From Candidatus Latescibacterota bacterium (GTDB lineage: Bacteria > Latescibacterota > UBA2968), in assembly GCA_965208125.1 (NCBI GenBank), contig OZ242320.1, forward strand, positions 896,001 to 960,000: a DNA stretch of 64,000 nt. The letters run 5' to 3'. The position numbers and the translations under genes are program-made. Shown here piece by piece: positions 49,438-58,715 of this stretch. How positions within the stretch are numbered: position 1 is the stretch's first letter; the number at the start of each line of letters is the position of its first letter. Under the pieces are notes generated by a model. The model was not told where the DNA came from. It saw nothing but the letters and a program-made list of their open reading frames with translations, and searched no databases.

Positions 49438-50616
49438 ATGAGTGCAACTTATGAAATGCTCGTCGGACAGGCAGAAGCCAGCACCACGGGACTCTCTCCA
49501 GAACGCGCACAGGAGAAAATCCATGCAAATGGCACGCTGCTCATAGACGTGCGCGAACGCGAAAATTATATCGAAGGATATATCCCCAGCGCAGAAAACG
49601 TGCCGCGTGGCTTTCTCGAACTCCGCATAGAAAGCATGGACAACGACCGCGACCGCGCAATCATAGTCTATGGTGCACGGGGCCAGGGCGCATTAGCCGC
49701 ACAGGCACTTCAAGACATGGGCTATTCCGACGTCGCATATATCCAGGGCGACATCGATTCCTGGAAAAACGCCGGTCTCGCCATTGACCGCGACCGCGCG
49801 CTCGACAAAGCCGAAGTACAGCGCTACTCCCGTCACCTCCTCATCCCCGAAGTGGGAGAACGCGGGCAGGGCAAACTCCTCGACGCCAGAGTACTGCTCA
49901 TCGGCGCAGGCGGATTGGGCAGCCCAACCGGACTTTATCTTGCCGCGACTGGCATTGGGACACTCGGAATCGTCGATGCCGACATCGTCGATGTTACCAA
50001 CTTGCAACGCCAGATACTACACGGCACATCTGACCTGGGTCGTCTCAAAGCCATCTCGGCTTACGAAACACTCAAAGAAATCAACCCCGGCTGTGATGTT
50101 GTGCCACACACCGACTATCTCACATCTGACAACATCATGGACATCCTCCCCGAATACGATATCATCGTCAACGGATGCGACAACTTCCCAACGCGCTATC
50201 TCGTCAACGATGCGTGTGTCTTCCTCAAAAAACCCATCGTGGATGGCAGCATCTTCCGCTTTGAAGGTCAGGTCACGGTGTACACATGCGACGGTGAGGG
50301 GCCTTGCTACCGCTGCCTCTATCCTGCGCCACCACCGGCAGACCTGGCACCATCGTGAGACGAAGCAGGCGTGCTGGGTGTTCTGCCCGGCACAGTTGGC
50401 CTCGTGCAGGCCACAGAAGTTGTCAAACTCATACTCGGTCAGGGGGATCCACTCATCGGTCGCTTACTGATGTACGACGCCCTGCAAATGAACTTCAACA
50501 CATTCAAAATTCGCCGCGATAAAAATTGCCCTGTATGCGGCGACAACCCAACCATCACCGAACTCATGGACTATCAGGCATTCTGCGCCATGGATCACAG
50601 CGACGCAGCGGATTAA
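49438..50616 (+). CDS. moeB: rhodanese-MoeB/ThiF E1-like adenylyltransferase (MoeZ-like), probable selenoprotein with UGA at 50356-50358
   Basis: RYSRH, GAGGLG, NLQRQ, CYRC, then APS-TGA-DEAGVLG continuing in frame to CPVC; 392 aa if read through. Confidence 0.85.
50371..50393 (+). other. candidate bacterial SECIS hairpin
   Basis: GTGCTGGG-TGTTCTG-CCCGGCAC stem-loop beginning 12 nt after the UGA, G near the start of the loop. Confidence 0.6.
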
Positions 50617-50636
50617 GCACCGCACCGCAAAAACAC

Positions 50637-50675
50637 AAAGGGGTGAAACCACCAATCGGTTTCACCCCTTTTTAT
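50637..50675. terminator. intrinsic terminator between convergent genes
   Basis: AAAGGGGTGAAACC..GGTTTCACCCCTTT followed by a T-tract. Confidence 0.85.
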
Positions 50676-50692
50676 TTTTTTTCTTCGTAAAT

Positions 50693-51760
50693 TCACCTCT
50701 GATAATGCGCCCTATCTTTATCCTCCACAATACTATCATCCACAGGCACCTCATGGCGATCTGCCCATTCGCCAATTTGCTCGTCAATCGTATCGGGTAT
50801 CTCAATGCCGTGTACGAGGCGGTGTCTGCGGTTGCGATACTCAAAATCCCCCGGAACCAGAACTTCATCTACCCCATCGGCGGGTTCGGTCGTCTTCATC
50901 GCATCTAAAAATGCGCGAATACTCTGTTGATAGCCGTCCAAATCTGTAAACGCACTGATATCAATAACCTGCATAAACGCGCCCCCAGAACGCCGGCCCT
51001 CCCTTTGGGCTCCCGAAAGCTGCCCCATCAAACAGACCATCAGCGAAAGCGCGTAGCCCTTGTGCTCTCCAAAAGCACGCAAAAATCCGCCATCGTAAAA
51101 ATCAAGGGGATTGGTTGAAGGCTTATTATTCTTATCCACAATAAAGGTATCGGGAATCGACGCATTCTTGCTTCGCGCGACCTGGAGCTTGCCCTCGGCG
51201 ACCATAGAAGTGGCAAAATCGATTACAAAAGGTGCCTCATCGCCAGTGGGAACGCCCACCGCAATGGGATTGGTACCCAGACTTCCCTTCTTCCCTCCAA
51301 AAGGCAAAACTTTCAGAGTATTGGGCGAACCCCCACCAACCATGCAAATACCGATAAAACCCCCGCGCGCGGCAATCTCGACATATTCTCCCAGACGCCC
51401 AATATGGGCAACCCGCGTGAACGAAACCGAACAAATTTCAGAAGTTCGCGCTTTTTCCATCGCCTGATGGACTGCGCGATACGCTGTAAGATGTCCCAGT
51501 CCCCCGTTGCCATCCAGAACCAGTGTCGTAGCCGATTCCCGCACCGTAGTGGGTTCAGCCGCCGGATTCATCCCCCCCTCGGAGATATTAGTGAGATACA
51601 AAGGGATGCGGAGAACGCCGTGAGAATCGTGACCGGCGAGATTGGCATTGACCAGAATCTTCGCGACAATATCTGCAATATCAGGTGTCGCACCAGATGC
51701 TTCGAACAAACATCTCGTAAGCGCGTGAAGATGTGCGGGTTGATACGTGTGCATTTGCAT
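50693..51760 (-). CDS. Ldh_2 (malate/L-lactate dehydrogenase-like) oxidoreductase
   Basis: GHDSHG, HIGRLG, GTNPIA, DFATS, HKGYAL. Confidence 0.9.
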   Translation of the reverse strand: MQMHTYQPAHLHALTRCLFEASGATPDIADIVAKILVNANLAGHDSHGVLRIPLYLTNISEGGMNPAAEPTTVRESATTLVLDGNGGLGHLTAYRAVHQAMEKARTSEICSVSFTRVAHIGRLGEYVEIAARGGFIGICMVGGGSPNTLKVLPFGGKKGSLGTNPIAVGVPTGDEAPFVIDFATSMVAEGKLQVARSKNASIPDTFIVDKNNKPSTNPLDFYDGGFLRAFGEHKGYALSLMVCLMGQLSGAQREGRRSGGAFMQVIDISAFTDLDGYQQSIRAFLDAMKTTEPADGVDEVLVPGDFEYRNRRHRLVHGIEIPDTIDEQIGEWADRHEVPVDDSIVEDKDRAHYQR

Positions 51761-51770
51761 AAAAAATCTC

Positions 51771-52712
51771 CTAAAGCCCTGCGGCGAAAAACTCTTCAAA
51801 CACCTCATCGGAAACCGTTGCACACGCCGCGCGCACATTGGCTTCGAGTTGCGCCTTATTCAGGCTACCGAGTGGATTGCCGTGGATGCGAGACTCTCGG
51901 ATAGAAAATTGCAAAGTCAGTTCGAGCAAGTTATACCCGCGTTCCTCGCACCACAGACGCATATTCTCGGCACGCTCGTGATCTTCTCGCCAGCGATCGC
52001 GGGGCACAAAATTTTCCACCGGCACACCCGTGAGATAACCGCGCATAATTGACCAGCCATTCATCACGCCCAGATCGCGCGCAGCAGCAGCGGGCAAAAT
52101 ATCTTCGCTAATAGTTTGCTGCAAAAGATTGTGATCCCCAAAACACAGGAAACAATCCGTGCGCCCCGATTCTATCTGCGCCAGATGAAAATCGTGGGGC
52201 CGCATTCCGTATCCAATAAAATTGACCCAACCCCGCTCTCGCGCTTTTTCCAATCCCTCCAGCGTACCACCCGAAGTCAGCGTAGCCTCAATACTCCACG
52301 GATCGTGAATAAAGAGCACATCGAAATAATCAATCCCCAAAATCTCGATCTGGTCTTCTATATCGGCAAGCGCGTGCTCGGTTGAATAATCGGGATCTCC
52401 ATCTCCATACCCCCCCCACTTCGCGGCACTGTGACAGCAAACGCGCCCGCTAATAATGATCTCATCGCGCTCGACAACGCCCTGTTTAATCGCAAGACCG
52501 AGTTTTCGAAGCGAATCGCCATAACACCGCGCACAATCGAAGTGATTGACGCCAATATCCACCGCAAACCGAATGAGATCTGCGGCTTCATCATCGGTAA
52601 CAGGACCAAAATTGTTGCCAAACCCCTGCGTACCAAAGGGAATAACGGGAATAGAAAGTTCTGTTTTGCCCCAGCGCCGACGCGGGACTTGAAGAGTGGC
52701 TTTTTCAATCAT
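51771..52712 (-). CDS. aldo/keto reductase
   Basis: GKTEL..FGT, NHFDCARCYG, DVLFIHD. Confidence 0.85.
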   Translation of the reverse strand: MIEKATLQVPRRRWGKTELSIPVIPFGTQGFGNNFGPVTDDEAADLIRFAVDIGVNHFDCARCYGDSLRKLGLAIKQGVVERDEIIISGRVCCHSAAKWGGYGDGDPDYSTEHALADIEDQIEILGIDYFDVLFIHDPWSIEATLTSGGTLEGLEKARERGWVNFIGYGMRPHDFHLAQIESGRTDCFLCFGDHNLLQQTISEDILPAAAARDLGVMNGWSIMRGYLTGVPVENFVPRDRWREDHERAENMRLWCEERGYNLLELTLQFSIRESRIHGNPLGSLNKAQLEANVRAACATVSDEVFEEFFAAGL

Positions 52713-53098
52713 GTCAAAGGGTCTCCATCATCCAGTGCATATTCCTTCAACGTATCCAAATCGACAAACTCGAGCGTAGAAATATGCGTACCCGAAAGAT
52801 AAACGGGAGGTGCAAAACCCGCATTGAGTGCTTCAACCCAGCGCTGGACACACAAACACCAGCGATCACCCGGCACAAGACCGGGAAAGCGCAATTCGGG
52901 CACAGGCGTACTCAGGTCATTGCCCGCAGACTGGGAAAACGCCAAAAATTCTTCCGTCATCTCCGCACAGAGAATATGCAACCCCAGATCGCCCGGACCC
53001 GTGCGACAACATCCATCTCGAAAAAAACCCGTCATAGGATCGGTACAACAATCCTCGAGTTCCTCGCCCAAAACATTTTTACCGCGATTCATTTTCAC
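52709..53098 (-). CDS. DUF2237 family protein
   Basis: NVLG..L..C..DPMTGFFRDG.C, GNDLSTP, PGDRWCLC..RW. Confidence 0.9.
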   Translation of the reverse strand: MKMNRGKNVLGEELEDCCTDPMTGFFRDGCCRTGPGDLGLHILCAEMTEEFLAFSQSAGNDLSTPVPELRFPGLVPGDRWCLCVQRWVEALNAGFAPPVYLSGTHISTLEFVDLDTLKEYALDDGDPLT

Positions 53099-53106
53099 TC
53101 CAGCGT

Positions 53107-54447
53107 TTAATTTGTATAAGGCACAGTACCGCTCTCATTCACCGTATATCCCCATTGCCGAATATAGTCTGCACCGGGCAGAAATTCATCGCCTTGTGCA
53201 TCGAGGCGGTGCTGGAGCCAGGCATCCAACTCGCTGCACAAATCCGCGCATTCGGGATCATCAACGAGATTATTCAACTGAAAGGGATCGGCATCGTTAT
53301 CATAGAGCAACCACGGCCCATCGAGCGAGCGAACATACGTGTATTGCCCCGTCCGCAAGCCGCGATATTCGCGCGCGCCCCTATCGCGCGTCCACTGCCC
53401 AAAAGGCTGCGGACATTGTAAAAGCGCGGCACCATCAGATGGATTCTCACCTCCCATAAGATAATCCGAAAAATCCAAACCCTCAACCGTATCGGGAACA
53501 TCGATCCCGCAAAGCCCCAAAAGCGTGGGCATAATGTCCGGTATATCAATAGGATCATGGACCTCCCGTCCCTCCAACCCAAATTGCGCCGGCCATCGCA
53601 ACAAAAACGGAATGCGAATAGACTCCTCCCACGGCTGTTGCTTTTTCGCACTCCCCTGTGAACCGAGCATATCGCCGTGATCCGAAAAAAAGAGCAAAAG
53701 CGTATCGTCGGCTATACCCTTATCGTCCAGCGTCTGGAGCAAATCGCCCATACAATCGTCCAGCGCCGTGCAATGGGCATAATAGCCCGCAATCCATTCT
53801 CGGGCATTTGCTTCGGATTCTGGTGGCACATTCTCGCGCAGCGGCACATCCTCGGGGCGATACATCGCGCGGTATTTCTCGGGCGCAGTCTCATAAGGCG
53901 CGTGCGGTGGTCCCCATGAAAGCACCAACAAAAAGGGATTCTCCGAGTCGTGATTCTGGATGTATTCTTGCACATCGCGCGTCTGTGCAATCGCGTCGTA
54001 TCCCTCCCATGTGAGCTTCTCATCGGAATCATTCGCATAATAAAAAGACCCATTGTAATTGTGCGTACACTCCAGCACCTTCCAATAATCAAACCCCTGC
54101 CGATTTTCGGGAGGAATATAATTGGATCGCCCATTTGCATTCACATGCCATTTGCCCACATAAGCGGTATCGTATCCCGCATTCTTAAAAGCCTGTGCCA
54201 GACTAACAGCCCTATCGCTTAAATGAACATCATTGACAAAAACGCCATGCGTGAGCGGATATTGACCCGTCAGCAGAGACGCCCGCGCCGGGCAACAAAC
54301 CGAACAACCCGAAACCGCGTGTGTCGCATTGATACTTTGAGACGCGAGACGGTCGATATTAGGCGTTTGCACACACGTATTGCCGGCATAACCAAATGCC
54401 TGAGCGCGCCACTGATCGCCAAAAATGAGAATGACATTACTGGCCAT
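53107..54447 (-). CDS. sulfatase (Cys-type formylglycine-dependent)
   Basis: CCPARASLLTG (CxPxR), GKWH, PPH, SDHG. Confidence 0.93.
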   Translation of the reverse strand: MASNVILIFGDQWRAQAFGYAGNTCVQTPNIDRLASQSINATHAVSGCSVCCPARASLLTGQYPLTHGVFVNDVHLSDRAVSLAQAFKNAGYDTAYVGKWHVNANGRSNYIPPENRQGFDYWKVLECTHNYNGSFYYANDSDEKLTWEGYDAIAQTRDVQEYIQNHDSENPFLLVLSWGPPHAPYETAPEKYRAMYRPEDVPLRENVPPESEANAREWIAGYYAHCTALDDCMGDLLQTLDDKGIADDTLLLFFSDHGDMLGSQGSAKKQQPWEESIRIPFLLRWPAQFGLEGREVHDPIDIPDIMPTLLGLCGIDVPDTVEGLDFSDYLMGGENPSDGAALLQCPQPFGQWTRDRGAREYRGLRTGQYTYVRSLDGPWLLYDNDADPFQLNNLVDDPECADLCSELDAWLQHRLDAQGDEFLPGADYIRQWGYTVNESGTVPYTN

Positions 54448-54566
54448 AAAAAATCCTTTGCATTAAAATGTAATCCCATAAAAAACTGAAACTATATTAT
54501 AAACCAACACGCCCCTTGTCAATGTATCTGACAAGAGGCAAAGATGATGCGTTATCCGCCACACCC

Positions 54567-56936
54567 TCAAAACCGCACAAACCCAACACTCACAAAAAAC
54601 CCCGGTGCATCCAAACGCTTTGAAAAATCCAAACGGAATAAATTAAATAGCCCGTTAATCGACACACCCAATTCGTGGTGAAAACCGTCTGTATATTGCG
54701 GCGCGTAATCCAATAACGCGCGATCTCCAAACCACGTGCGCCCGTGCCCGCCGTGAACAATCAAACCAATATTGCGCTCCGCAGCCCACCGCCAGCCGAT
54801 TAACTCAAACGGAACAGTGCGAAAATTGTGCTCCCAGAACACCCCCAGCACCTTCTCACCCTCATAAGGGCGCTCTACTCGCGTTCGAAATCCCCCGAAT
54901 ATCGAAACCCTGCTCAATAGCACCCCTAAATCCAAAATCTCAAAACGTTGCCTGGGCAGTGTCCCCAAAAACGCGCTACCAACAACGCGCACATCGAGCA
55001 CATTGGGCAACAAACGCCGCTTAAACATCGTCTCAATCCGCCAATCCAACAGCATCCGAACCTGTGTAAAATCAAAATCACTACCAAATCCCGACCGGCT
55101 GTGTTCAACCTCCAATGCGATTTTTCGTTTCCCAAAAATGAGTGCGGGTCCCGAATTTTTACCCTCGATATCCGCACGCAAAAACACAGAACGCAAATTG
55201 CCCGGATCAATGCCTGGATTGGGCCGTTGCACATCAATATCCCCACCCAAATGCCAATCCGTCGTCTTCTCCACCGAACTGTGTTGCGCGACATTAATCC
55301 CACCGCTCAACCGCACACCCGACCTTCGCGGACGACCAAACCGATAGCCCGCAGTGCCCTTTACACTCTCGCGCCAGAAAAAATCAAAATAATCTTCTAA
55401 ACCTCTAATCTGCCGCAAACTGACCTCGTATCGGCTATACAGTCTCGACCGATGGCGTGTATCTGTTCCGCGAAATCCCTCGAGCGAAACAAAACCCCTG
55501 TTGCTCGCCCCCCAGCGCACCGTCGCCTTGCCATTCAAAGACCACCTTTCCAAACCAAAATTATATGCGCCTCCACCTGCAAAAGCCACTCGGCTTCGAC
55601 TTGATCCCGAAGAAATTTTTGAACCCAGATGCCCACCATCCACGCGATTGAACCATATATCGGGATCAACTCGAAACGGCAACTTGCGCCCCTTCTCACC
55701 GTCCTTCTTTTCTTTTTCTTCATCCTCCTTCACAAAACGCGCCAAAAACCCCTTCGGCTCATACGCTTTATCCAGCGTCATCGTGCTGTCAATGCGCGCA
55801 TAAGCCTCTTGCTCGATATCATCCAACGGCACGGCGAGTGCTGTTTGAACCAACAAACTATCCTGTTCCACACGCACAGAATCCACCACCACAATGCGAT
55901 CCTGTTCATAAAGCGAATCGGGCAACGCGACATTCACCTCATACCCCGTCAACCGAGAAACGCGCTGTCTCTCAAAAGGCGGAAATTTTAAACCAACCAT
56001 CCCAATTTCAATATTTATATCCGACTGATATCCCACCGGCAAATAGTAATCACCGCCGAAATTGCTAAACTGCTGGCGCATAGTAATGGTAAATTCGCGA
56101 ACAGGCGGAGGAAACAAAAACGCCCGATTTGGCGTCAATTCCACCTCCACGAGCGCGTACACACTATCGAGCACAGCTACGCGACCATTAAAAGCCGTCT
56201 TGAGGCTGTGTTTGGGTTTCACGTCAATATCGTAAATAATGCGATCATCCATTTTGCGGCGGCCTGTGAGCACAAAATCATAGTGATCCAGTGCATCGGG
56301 ATGCGTAACACCGATCAAACGATGACCGACAAGTACTGTCTCATCATCGTACAAATTCACACCTGCAGCCGCAGGCAAAGCAAAATCCAAATCCAAATTC
56401 TCTGTCTCGCGTTTATCCTTAACGACCTCCCGCCATCCCTTTTTTTTATCCCAAAAACCATCAGACAAGCTCTCGACAATCGCGACAATCTCGGTATCCT
56501 TGTGCAAAACAAACCGCGAATAAGCCTCGACGCGAAACGTCTCCAGACTATCCCACCACGTTTGCTTCTGCGCGATGACCTTACGCATAATATTCGGGCC
56601 CATATCCTCAGCCGTCACCACGAGCGTCTCCAGCTCAATTGGCACTGGCTCCAGGGCAAAATCGCGCACATCGGCTGCGTCCTCCGTCACCTGGTATTGC
56701 TGCGACCGATAGCCGATATAGCGCACCTCCACCACCGCGGGAAGAGAGCGCAAAGACAGCACATACTTCCCCTCGGTATTTGAAATCGTACCATCATAAG
56801 CCCCAAGAACATGCACCGTCGCAGCGGGAAGCGGCTCTCCTGTTGACGCATCGGTCACAGTGCCCTGAATCACCTTTGCCTGCGCCTGAGTAGTGAAGAA
56901 AAGAAAGGCAAATAGCCAGACCCATCGTGTTGTCAT
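54567..56936 (-). CDS. outer-membrane protein with carboxypeptidase-regulatory-like N-domain (DUF5686-like)
   Basis: Signal peptide, GTVTDASTGEPLP.A.V..G..YIGY, beta-strand-rich C-terminus ending in F. Confidence 0.75.
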   Translation of the reverse strand: MTTRWVWLFAFLFFTTQAQAKVIQGTVTDASTGEPLPAATVHVLGAYDGTISNTEGKYVLSLRSLPAVVEVRYIGYRSQQYQVTEDAADVRDFALEPVPIELETLVVTAEDMGPNIMRKVIAQKQTWWDSLETFRVEAYSRFVLHKDTEIVAIVESLSDGFWDKKKGWREVVKDKRETENLDLDFALPAAAGVNLYDDETVLVGHRLIGVTHPDALDHYDFVLTGRRKMDDRIIYDIDVKPKHSLKTAFNGRVAVLDSVYALVEVELTPNRAFLFPPPVREFTITMRQQFSNFGGDYYLPVGYQSDINIEIGMVGLKFPPFERQRVSRLTGYEVNVALPDSLYEQDRIVVVDSVRVEQDSLLVQTALAVPLDDIEQEAYARIDSTMTLDKAYEPKGFLARFVKEDEEKEKKDGEKGRKLPFRVDPDIWFNRVDGGHLGSKISSGSSRSRVAFAGGGAYNFGLERWSLNGKATVRWGASNRGFVSLEGFRGTDTRHRSRLYSRYEVSLRQIRGLEDYFDFFWRESVKGTAGYRFGRPRRSGVRLSGGINVAQHSSVEKTTDWHLGGDIDVQRPNPGIDPGNLRSVFLRADIEGKNSGPALIFGKRKIALEVEHSRSGFGSDFDFTQVRMLLDWRIETMFKRRLLPNVLDVRVVGSAFLGTLPRQRFEILDLGVLLSRVSIFGGFRTRVERPYEGEKVLGVFWEHNFRTVPFELIGWRWAAERNIGLIVHGGHGRTWFGDRALLDYAPQYTDGFHHELGVSINGLFNLFRLDFSKRLDAPGFFVSVGFVRF

Positions 56937-56967
56937 AATCTTTTTTACCATCTCGCGCTTCAAACTC

Positions 56968-57783
56968 TCATATTTCCGCGCGTTTTTCATACATCACAAG
57001 CCCAATGATCATAAAGATGACACCCATCAAAATTGTAAAAAAATAAATATCTACACTCGTTTTCAAAAAAATGGTACTTTCACTATAAGCAAAAGGAAGT
57101 ATCGGCATCAGTAAACTTTTAAAAACACTCAGACCTTGAAGTATAAAAAAACCAAAAGATAAAAATAAAATAAAAGAAGCAACCGCAGCCAATCGCCGAT
57201 ACCGCTTAACTGAAAACTTCACTCCTTCCGTACCTGTTACAATACCAAAAATAAACATCATATAAGTCGCAAGCTCCAAACTCGCTACCAGAACAAAATC
57301 AAAAAACAGCATACGCTCTACTCCAAATATAACTCTATATATAAACTTAGACTCTGCCTCTCCCAACAAGTCGGCAACATGCGCTATCGACAAATACACA
57401 CTGCCAATAACAATCCCACCACCCACAAAGCCTACACTCGCAACCGCAGCGATCTTTGCCAAAATCACCGTATATTGCGACAACGGCAGTGCAAACATCT
57501 GATAATGCGTTTCTGATCGCCATTCGGAATTGAAGGCGTGCGCCAGCAAAAAGGGCAGACTCAGAACGAGGATAGTTTTTGTCAGACTGATGGGCAACGT
57601 AACGGTTATCAGAAATTTGATGATCGTCCCCATCTGTTCTTGTGCAACAAGCTGTTCTTGCGAAACATTTGCCACCTTCATAAGCCCATACGCATTTATC
57701 CCAGCAACCAAAAGGAGCAAAAACAAAAAAAGCATTTTATTTGCTTTGAGTTCTTTCATATACAGCGTAAAAAATGATTTCAT
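56968..57783 (-). CDS. ABC-2-type permease-like membrane protein, paralog 1
   Basis: KELKA, ~6 TM segments, AFNSEWRSETHYQMFALP, ending YEKRAEI. Confidence 0.8.
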   Translation of the reverse strand: MKSFFTLYMKELKANKMLFLFLLLLVAGINAYGLMKVANVSQEQLVAQEQMGTIIKFLITVTLPISLTKTILVLSLPFLLAHAFNSEWRSETHYQMFALPLSQYTVILAKIAAVASVGFVGGGIVIGSVYLSIAHVADLLGEAESKFIYRVIFGVERMLFFDFVLVASLELATYMMFIFGIVTGTEGVKFSVKRYRRLAAVASFILFLSFGFFILQGLSVFKSLLMPILPFAYSESTIFLKTSVDIYFFTILMGVIFMIIGLVMYEKRAEI

Positions 57784-57833
57784 GTCACGATTCCAGATAA
57801 AGAGTATTCGACCGTCATTACACAATTTGGATT

Positions 57834-58601
57834 TTATATTTCCGCGCGTTTTTCATACATCACAAGCCCAGTGATCATGAATATAATACCCGTAAGAATG
57901 GTATAGACAAAAGGTGCCACATCTGTATTACCAAAAGGAGGCATCGCAATTTGTCCTAAGAATTCAAACGCCCTCTCCCCTTGCAGGAAAAGCCAGCCAT
58001 ATAAAAATACGGATACCAGACAAAAAGCAATCGCAGTCAATCCCCGATACCGCTTAACCGAAAACTTCACTCCCTCCATCCCGGTCACAAGACCGAGAAT
58101 GAAAACCATATACGTCACAAGAATCAAGCCAGTCACCAGAGTAAAATGGGCAAATGACATCAACTCTATTACGCCATCTACAAACTCGGCCTTACGCACC
58201 ATCCATAAATACAGACTACAAATTACAATCCCACTACCTACAATGCCTACACTCGTGATCGCAGCGATCTTTGCCAAAATCACCGTATATTGCGACAACG
58301 GCAGTGCAAACATCTGATAATGCGTTTCGGATCGCCACTCGGAATTGAAGACCTGCGCCAGCAAAAAGGGCAGACTCAGAACGAGAGTAAAAACAGCCAG
58401 CATTGGCCAGAAATAGCTGAAACTCGGCCAAAGAATAAAAGGAAGATTATCGCCGGACTCGATCACATCCTTAAAATGCCAAACATATTCTACCTGCATA
58501 ATCCCATAAGCATTCATCCCCGCAATTAAAAGCAGCACAAATAAAAAAAGGATTTTATGCGCTTTGAGTTCCTTCACATATAATGCAAAAAATTGTTTCA
58601 T
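57834..58601 (-). CDS. ABC-2-type permease-like membrane protein, paralog 2
   Basis: Same conserved blocks as paralog 1. Confidence 0.8.
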   Translation of the reverse strand: MKQFFALYVKELKAHKILFLFVLLLIAGMNAYGIMQVEYVWHFKDVIESGDNLPFILWPSFSYFWPMLAVFTLVLSLPFLLAQVFNSEWRSETHYQMFALPLSQYTVILAKIAAITSVGIVGSGIVICSLYLWMVRKAEFVDGVIELMSFAHFTLVTGLILVTYMVFILGLVTGMEGVKFSVKRYRGLTAIAFCLVSVFLYGWLFLQGERAFEFLGQIAMPPFGNTDVAPFVYTILTGIIFMITGLVMYEKRAEI

Positions 58602-58632
58602 ATCACGATCCCAGATAAAGGATGTTGGAAAA

Positions 58633-58664
58633 CTGGATCGCGGCTAAAAGCCTGCCGCGATGAC
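58633..58664. repeat. REP-like palindrome
   Basis: CTGGATCGCGGCTAAAAGCCTGCCGCGATGAC, nearly identical to 22144-22175. Confidence 0.75.
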
Positions 58665-58715
58665 AATCGCAAGATCAATATGCACAGTCTTTTTTATCAT
58701 GCAGTAGTTCATCCA

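Noticed and set aside
50356-50358. Nonsense pseudogene or UGA code reassignment
   Set aside because: The TGA falls exactly on the conserved Cys with intact downstream sequence and a hairpin; TGA terminates other genes normally. A nonsense mutation is not fully excluded.
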